NCBI GenBank assembly: GCA_049724395.1
Contig: JAUGWO010000083.1
Coordinates: forward strand, 62,001 to 91,709
Length of the DNA stretch: 29,709 bases
DNA from: Spongospora subterranea f. sp. subterranea
Taxonomy: Eukaryota
Direction: 5' to 3'
Shown: piece by piece, positions 22,301-29,709 of the stretch
How the letters are laid out: the number at the start of each line of letters is the position of its first letter
Position numbering within the stretch: position 1 is the first letter of the stretch
Program-made: the position numbers and the translations under genes
The notes under the pieces: model-generated
What the model saw: only the letters and a program-made list of their open reading frames with translations
What the model was told of the DNA's origin: nothing
Databases searched by the model: none

Positions 22301-23923
22301 TAACCTTACATCATTAACCATATTGAAGGAGAACAGAACGTGTGGGGCGACCTTTTTCAATCGATGGGGAGCACCGTGTCCAATCAGTGCCCAGATGAAA
22401 TCATTGCAAGCACCTGTTCTAATTCAACCACTTTCTGCTGATTTTGTCTGGCCATCCCTGGATCAAATTGTAGCAGCTCAGCTTTTAAATCTTGCTGAAC
22501 AGTCCATCAACAGGGAGTCATCTATCATTGCTGACGAACAGGAAATCAAATTCAATAAAACTGATGGTCTATGGAAGACCATTGCTAATGATCGAATTTG
22601 GATCCCAATTCAGCCGGGCTGTAATTTCGCTTTGGGCATCGTCGTCTTCGCCCACAGTGGCCTTGCAGGTCATCAATCGAAGGAGAGAACACTCCGGTCT
22701 ATTCATTCTGTTTTTTGGTGGAAGGGAATGACAGAGTATATTGTAGGCATTGTCGAAAAATGCCTTCACTGCGTTCGCCTACGAGGGAATGTGGTCCCAC
22801 GTCCGTTTGGGCATGCAATTCATGTGACCAGACCCAATCAAGTAATTCATTATGATTTTTTGTTCATCGCAAAATCACCCAGGAAATCATCACACAACTT
22901 TGTTTATGTTCTCGTTATCAAAGACGACCTGAGTCAGTTCATTGAGTTAATTTTATGCGTATTTGCCGACCACTTTGCAACAGTCAATGGCCTCATTGAC
23001 TGGTGTAAAAGGTTTGGCATCGTGTTCACACATGTATCTGACCAGGGCTCCCACTTCAAGAACCAAGTGGTAGCAGAACTATGCTCTCGCCATCATATTA
23101 ACCATCATTTTACTACTGCATATTCTCCATGGGCGAACGGAACCGTTGAAGTCGTGAACAAGCTTTTACTTCATGTTCTTCGTGCGCTCATATATGAATT
23201 CCGGTTGTCATTTCATGATTGGCCCTATGTACTTCCATTAGTCAATATGGCTCTAAATCATCGTGCATATTGGTTTCGCTCCAGTCACTATAATGACCGG
23301 CCTCCAACCCTCAACGTTAATCTCCACTATCTTTATCGAACCTCTTAACCAGATCGTGGATATCCCATTGACATCTCAAGCAGTTCATGATATTACTACT
23401 GATCTAGCTGCAGCGTGCGATATCATCCACCGTCAAGTCGTCAGTAAATTGACTCGTTAACGTGGCGCATCTCGGGCTAAACAGCGAAACATCGTCCCCA
23501 TAAACTTCGAAATAGGAGATTACGTCTTGGTCGCGGCCAATTGAACCGCACAAAACGCCATAAACTCTCTGAACCATCAATGAATATGTTTATCAGGTGA
23601 AAGATCTTATTTCATCCCATATTACAGATGTGCATGCCTGTCGTCTAAAAATATATCATGACTCACACATAAACATAACGCAGGCCATCTATGAACAAAT
23701 TGCCCATGATGGGCATGGGCATTTCGTGAAGAGCCTGAGCGACATCCGCCAAAACATCGCATCGGGCGATGTTGAAGTCCAAGTACAATGGGCCGGATTA
23801 AAAGAGCAGGATACAACCTGGGAGCCTATAGCGTCAATCAAAGACGATGTCCCTATCCTGCTTAAACAGTTTCTACTGAAACGGTCCAACCCGATAATAC
23901 TTTCTTGCATACAAGATTTTTGA
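19331..23923 (+). mobile_element. Degenerate Ty3/gypsy LTR retrotransposon internal region (gag-PR-RT-RNase H-IN-chromodomain); LTRs not identified
   Basis: Gag with a zinc knuckle CLFCGGDHWLHVC (20227-20265) and a degenerate protease (~20400-20700). RT motifs LLDCFKGYCQFPL and WLDN (21485-21496; catalytic DD broken). RNase H motifs CLFPDAS, IIEKEGYPI and FTDHRNL. Integrase H..GH..CLHC, HYDFL, VSDQGSHF and PWANGTVE. RT-RH-IN order is gypsy-type; many stops and frameshifts. Confidence 0.93.
23597..23923 (+). pseudogene. Integrase C-terminal chromodomain of the gypsy element
   Basis: VHACRLKIYHD..VKSLSDIR..EVQVQWAGLKEQDTTWEPIASIKDDVPILLKQFL matches the chromodomain pattern VxWxG..D.TWEP. Confidence 0.85.
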
Positions 23924-24210
23924 AAAATCAACTGCGCAAGTCACGAATCGACGAGATGCTGGCGGCGATCGATCGTGTTGCTGGTGGTGGGGAGTCGGCT
24001 GGCACCAAGGGTGACAGTCTAGGGATGCCTGGCGGGGTAGTCTTCCTGACGATGACTAGAACTCTGAAGTGTCAGCTGCACTCCCAATTTCCTCTGAGTC
24101 TTCAGAGCGGGCCAAATTTTAGAACAGCCGTCAAAAGCTGTTCTCGCCGTTCATTGAATACTTATCATTGGTATGAGATGAGCGGACAGGTCCTTGTTGT
24201 CAATTCCTGC

Positions 24211-24439
24211 ACTGACGGAAAATATTTTGGAAGTCGGTACTTTACTGACAGAAAAATTATTAGAAGTCGGTGCTGTATGAATGACTCAACCGACAATACT
24301 ACCATTTACTGGTGGCTATCCGACAATATTACCATTCTTTGGTGGCAATCCGACAATACCACCATTTATTGGTGGCAAACTGACAACACGACCATTAATT
24401 GGTGGCAATCTGACAATAAAACCATTTATAGGTGGCAAT
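24211..24439. repeat. Two 33-bp repeats (24211-24276) followed by five 30-bp repeats (24290-24439)
   Basis: ACTGACRGAAAA..GAAGTCGGTRCT x2, then CYGACAA..ACCATT..TGGTGGCAAT x5, each 30-mer with an ACCA..TGGT dyad. Confidence 0.9.
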
Positions 24440-24987
24440 GGCCAAAAGGAACACTAGTGACACTGAAACTATACTGGAAGTACAATGCCGTCATTTGGTG
24501 GAAACTACTGGTTAAGACGAAATATGGTCCCATTAACAGGGCCAAACAAGGGCCACAATTAACATCAACAACTATTAACAAGACTTTGACAGGAACAGTA
24601 TACACGCCAAGTAATTGCACTTTTTGGTGGAAGCATAAGCGAACGACAACAACAAAAACACGGAATAATGCTCCTAATAATAATGACATACAAACGCACA
24701 GAAGTAAGAGCAACACACATAAGAGGACACAAAACATTAATGAAACACATAATACTGACAAAAGTAAAACAATTAAGACAACACTACGACAAAATTACAT
24801 AGGGATAATGAATGCAGACGTGACAAATAATATCAGCACAATGAACGAATCCACAATAAGTAACGTCCCACAGATGACTAAAGGCCGTTGTATTAGGGGA
24901 ATCGGCATACTATACGTGCCAGTGTCGCTCTCAAAATACATCCGTGGCGCAATTAAACCACGAACAGAAACGCTTCATCTAGGCATC

Positions 24988-25838
24988 ATGCAGGACGTTC
25001 CAATGGAGACCGAAACCAACAAGGAACAAACAATAGGAAGAAAACATCCCAGGGACAGGGCAACCACATCTAATGCAACATACGATAAGACCAAAAAGAT
25101 GAAGGACAAATTCATACCACGGTCAATGATGAATTATAACGAAGCGATTTTAATGCCCAAAACACAACATGAAATAGAAACTCTATTACCGGAACTCATC
25201 CAAGAAATACCTTGGCTCATGGCTAAACTAAAGAATGACGTTACGCCAATGGGAACAGGCACGATAATCATCAAAGGGCTAAAAATAGGTACACACCGAA
25301 GAATAGTTAAAAGAATAGTAACGAAACTAACTCCAACCACTCAGGACAATACAAAGCCCTGCAACAATACTGTGGGAGAAAAGGAATTCGAATCAGACCT
25401 ACATCAGAGTCCAAACACGACACCAGCCGTAAAGTTATTGTGCAAGGCATCCCACCATACCTTATTAAAAACGGAATGGCGATACAAGGATGGAAAGGAA
25501 AAAAACCGGACAAAGCTACCCAAATTGGAAGCAACACTACCATGTTCCAATTCCAGATGGCAAGTGATGCGAAGCAATGTCTATCGCAGGGAACGGTACA
25601 TATATTCGGGAAACAATACAAGCCCCTGGCCTTCCAAAAAAAGGAAATACGAGTATGTGAAACATGCTACCAGATTGAGTGCCTCCAAAAAAACAAATGT
25701 GGCAAGATTGCCTGCTACATATGCAGTGAAGCTCACATGGCCGACTCATGCCCAAAGAAGAATAAGGATGAGCCTAAGTGCATTACATGCCAGGAAGAGG
25801 GACATTGGGCCATCCAATGCCCATGGCGTTACCTGTAA
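24988..25838 (+). CDS. LINE ORF1 (gag-like; RRM-like region plus 3 zinc knuckles), frameshifted between ~25311 and 25440; start uncertain
   Basis: RKVIVQGIPPY..TTMFQFQ..GTVHIFGKQYKP, then CETCYQIECLQKNKC, CYICSEAHMADSC and CITCQEEGHWAIQC; stop at 25836-25838. Confidence 0.8.
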
Positions 25839-25860
25839 ATCAAGATTCAATAAAGCAAAT

Positions 25861-28800
25861 ATGACAAAGGGCCACAAAAAGATGAGCAAAATGCAAATTG
25901 AATTTACCTACACTGAAAGCCGCAGTTATGACATGCTGAAGGAGTACACAAAGACTGGCAGATTGTGGTTTGTTTCATTATACAGGAAGGCCAAGATCTT
26001 ATATTGCACCCCGAAATTAGATGCCGTCCCCTGCGACAACCAATTCTTCGCATCACTCGATACCTGGAATTGGAACATGGTAAAATTGTTTCCAATTAGG
26101 GTGTGGTTGAATGTAAAACGTGGGAAAAAACCAAATAACAGCAAAGTATGGAAAACAAGTGAAAACAAAACACTGGAACAATCAACACCATACAGTGGCG
26201 GAAACAGCAAAGGACTCCATACATCATGCATGGTGGAGATAAAGAATACGAAATACGTATTTAGAGATGTCATCGGAATAGGAAACTGCGCTTTCGAGGC
26301 GATCAGAGCATCAGGAGCGATCCCGAATATGACAGTGCAAAACCTACGAAAGGAAATATGTGAATTCGCTAGAAATCCTGAGCAAGGAAGAACCATTGCT
26401 AAAAAATTAAAACCCTATATAGGATCGCTGCCAAACAATGACAGCATAGGATTGGATGAATATCTGAATATAATGAGTATCGATAGACAATGGGGAGGGT
26501 TGTTCGAACTCACCATAGCTGCATACAAATTTAAAATGAACATAATAGTAGTAAGTCAGACGAATCCAACGCTCATAACAGATATACAGAAATGGATAGA
26601 GAACACGTTACCAAAGTCACGTGATGTAACACCATGGACCAAAACAATTTACTTGTTACATCACAAGCATGGGAAACCATCAACACCAATGAGGCATCAA
26701 GACTTGAACCATTATGGGACCCTTTTCCCTATAGAAACAACGGCTAGTGAATGGAATAATAGCGGTATGATGACACCAGACAAATGTGACCTTTACATTG
26801 ATCAGTACAAATTATCAAACAAAACAGACAGCTCAGCAACGCAAAATGTTAGAAATGATAATTCCAAACAGCAATTTATGATAAAACCATCGCTAGACAA
26901 AACGATGAGACACGATAAAAACATAAATCCGAAAAGGCACCGATCATGCGACGATTCCGACGACCAACCCACTCAACGTGCCAAATATGAAAAACATCAA
27001 ACGCACTCTAAACAAATCTGCACAAAAAAGCGAACATTGCTGATAGATAAGGACGGCACTGAAACGCAGTATAAAAGACGGCTTACCAACAGCGAGCGCC
27101 AATGCAAAGAAGTTGCAGACAATGAAACAGCGCGAAAAACAGCCTCAAAACAGACACCAACAAGCCAGATGAGCCACTACGAACTCACCAAATTGATCGG
27201 AAATATACTAGAACCAGACAACAAGGAAGACAATATAGCAGACACATCGGACAAAAACCTGAACGGAACTAAAACACACAAACGGCAGATGAAAATAACT
27301 CAATATTTCATGAAAACCAATACCAAAACCAGAAAAATAAGAACAACCAGGAGCTTAAAAATCGCTCAATGGAACGCCTGCTCCCTAAGCGAACAAAAAT
27401 CAAAAGAACTGTCTCGATTTGCTAACACCAACCGCGTCGATGTAATATGTATATCAGAACTTCACCATAGACGCCAAGTAGACGATTTCCCAAACCACGA
27501 AGCCGATGACCGGTACACCCAAGCTGGAATTTTTTGGAGGGACCATGTAAATGTAGATGTGATGCGCATTCCTGCAATACAAACGTTTGGGAACGACGGA
27601 ATCATGACACAAATAGTAAAAATATATAGTGAAATGATATTAATTCACATATATATACCACCGGATATAGATCGAAATACTAGAAAAACATATTGGAAAC
27701 AAATCGGCAAATTCGTAGAAATGCGAGATGAACCGATACTTCTAACAGGTGACCTCAACACCAAAGATAGACGGTTTGGAATCCACCATGACGAAACTCA
27801 CAAATACCTAGACAGCATATTGGAAGAATGCAAATTGATGAACAACCCGGAACGCCCAACAAGAGGAAACAACTCATTAGATATCACCATTGCCAATCGA
27901 CAGATGGCAAAGGAGATCTTACAATGGGACGTGCACGCAGAGCTAGGCAGTGACCATTCACCGACAACAATAGATACTACAATTAGAAGAAAATCGACGC
28001 AAAGGATTCCCCCTAGCCGTAAAAGAATACAACGAATTGACACACGAGCGACAACGAAAGCGTTAGAAGAGGAACTGCAGAATGTTGAAAGCAAGAACAT
28101 GGGACTAACAGCTTTCATTGACCTATTGCAAAATAGCATTAAGCACAAATATGTTAGACAGAATAGATGCAAATTCTGGACCACGAAACTCAAAATTGCG
28201 TTAAACTTGCGAAATAAACTCAAGCGCAAACACCAGGAAGCCATACTGAAATGCAAAAGCCAGCAATTTATTGCACGGCAGCACACCGAAATGCGAAAAG
28301 CGGAAATATCATTGAGGAAACAATTTCAGAAAGCGAAAAATGCAAGCCTTAGAACGGAAGTTAAACAGGCATGTATGGACGAAACAGGAGCCAAAATATG
28401 GAGCCTGGTAAAGAAGATAAGTCCTCAAACCAACAAACGGAGACGAAAGTACGAAACACAGAAAGTTGATGCAAAAGATGAAGCGGAAAAAATAGCTGAC
28501 AGTTTTGAGGCAATCTACAGCGAAGCAGACCTTAACCTCAATGAGCATGAACAGCGTGAACACGATCTACTCATTGAAAAACTATGGAAAGAGAGAATCT
28601 CTCAACCACCGGAAAAGATTACTTTGAGAGAGCTAGAAAGGGCAGTTGTTAAGGCCAATAGGAAATCAGCAGGAGGAATTGATGGAATACCGAATAGTCT
28701 CATCAAAGAATTATGCAAAAATGATATGAACAAATACGCGTTGCTGAATTCAATTAATAACGATATTATAGATTTAGGATACTTCCCACAAGATATGAAA

Positions 28801-29709
28801 ATAGCGAAAATCAGACCATTACCTAAAGATAAACCAGGTGAATATAGACCGATATCATTATTGCCTAGATAGCCAAACTGGTAGAAGGGATTATTGAACA
28901 CAGAATAAGACACCAAGCGGAAAAGCACATACCTGATAACCAATTCGGGTGCAGACCCGCTCATAGTACTACGCATGCATTGTTAAGATTGCTGCATAAT
29001 GCAGGATTAGCAGCTGCTAAAGAACAACAATTCGCCCTAATTGTATATGACTTTATGAAAGCCTTTGACAGAGTACAGAGAACACTACTAGTACGAAAGA
29101 TGAGAAATATGGGAATAGACTCATACCTAATATTATTGATCGACCAATGGTTGACAAAGCGAATATTCCACGTGTGCCACAGGAAAAATATTACAGAGCC
29201 GCATTATCAAGAGAACGGAATCCCCGTAAGGATCCAGTATTAGCGTCTTATTATGGATTATATATATCTACGATGCACCAATAGAAACGGTCAATAGTAA
29301 TGTTTATGTAGATGATACCACACAATGGGCAACAGATTCAACCAAATGGGAAGTAAAAAATCAACTGAGGGCAGAGAGTTCAAAGCTGCAAAGCTGGTGC
29401 ACAGCAAACCACATTAAGATACAATGGCTGAAAACCCACTTATTATTCAATGAACATACTCATAGAGACCAAATAACTGTCAACGAGCATAAATCAAAAC
29501 AACAGACACAATCAAGTATTTAGGGAACCTTAAGAGCAAATGATGAGAATCACCACTCAACAATCAAAATCGATCTCAAAGAAGTAGCAAAGGACATTAA
29601 AACCAGATGCAAATTAATGAGAGGGCTACGAAAATATGGAATTCCAGTTTCGACCTTTCAAAAAATATGTCGAGGATTCATAGGCGGAACTCAATTACTA
29701 CCTGCCAAG
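25861..29709 (+). pseudogene. LINE ORF2: OTU-like protease (~26251-26727), APE endonuclease (~27352-27970) and reverse transcriptase (~28600-29450), disrupted in the RT
   Basis: APE: LKIAQWNACSL, DVICISE, IYIPP, LLTGDLN, PTRGNNSLDITI, GSDHSP. RT: KSAGGIDGIP, YRPISLLP, NQFGCRPAHST, DFMKAFDRV, NGIPxGSSIS, YVDD (29305-29316). 1-bp shift at ~28869; shift plus stop at ~29226. Confidence 0.9.
25971..26100 (-). repeat. Inverted, diverged copy of ORF1 segment 25520-25649
   Basis: The reverse complement aligns ungapped to 25520-25649 with ~97/130 identities (hand count). Peptide LIGNNFTMFQFQVSSDAKNWLSQGTASNFGVQYKILAF versus QIGSNTTMFQFQMASDAKQCLSQGTVHIFGKQYKPLAF. Confidence 0.9.

Larger units (their letters stand above)
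24808..29709 (+). mobile_element. Non-LTR retrotransposon (APE-type LINE, I/Jockey/Tad1-like ORF1) with an extra OTU-like protease domain; degenerate; 5' boundary uncertain, truncated by the window end
   Basis: A-rich plus strand. Domain order: ORF1 with three Cys/His knuckles, OTU-like domain, APE endonuclease, RT with YVDD. Confidence 0.92.

Noticed and set aside
24290..24439. Trp-rich peptide repeat SDNTTIYWWQ x5, or a mini-CRISPR
   Set aside because: Units are contiguous with no spacers. Several frames are open and none is clearly favoured, so coding is unsupported.
23905..28872. Single 1655-aa polyprotein
   Set aside because: It strings together the gypsy 3' flank, tandem repeats, half of ORF1, an off-frame stretch and ORF2. 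Stop scarcity on the T-poor strand probably explains much of its length; only part has recognisable domains.

Overview
Eukaryotic genomic DNA, gene-dense with many ~45-80 bp spliceosomal introns. This fits a compact protist genome; a phytomyxid/rhizarian origin is only a guess. Left part (1-18.5 kb): a decayed, intron-containing P-element-like transposase, interrupted by a near-perfect 91-bp foldback. It is followed by several hypothetical genes, RPN3 (26S proteasome lid), a TrmO/TsaA tRNA methyltransferase with one extra base in its signature motif, exportin-7 (~24 exons, one GC-AG intron), two minisatellites (one capped by an inverted copy of its own unit) and a TTC1-like TPR gene. Right part (19.3-29.7 kb) is a transposon block: a degenerate Ty3/gypsy element with a chromodomain integrase, short tandem repeats, then an APE-type non-LTR retrotransposon. 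The most unusual object is this LINE. It carries an OTU-like cysteine protease (deubiquitinase fold) in frame upstream of the endonuclease and RT, and an inverted, ~75% identical copy of part of its own ORF1 between ORF1 and the OTU domain. All calls come from manual reading and motif recognition; no searches were run.
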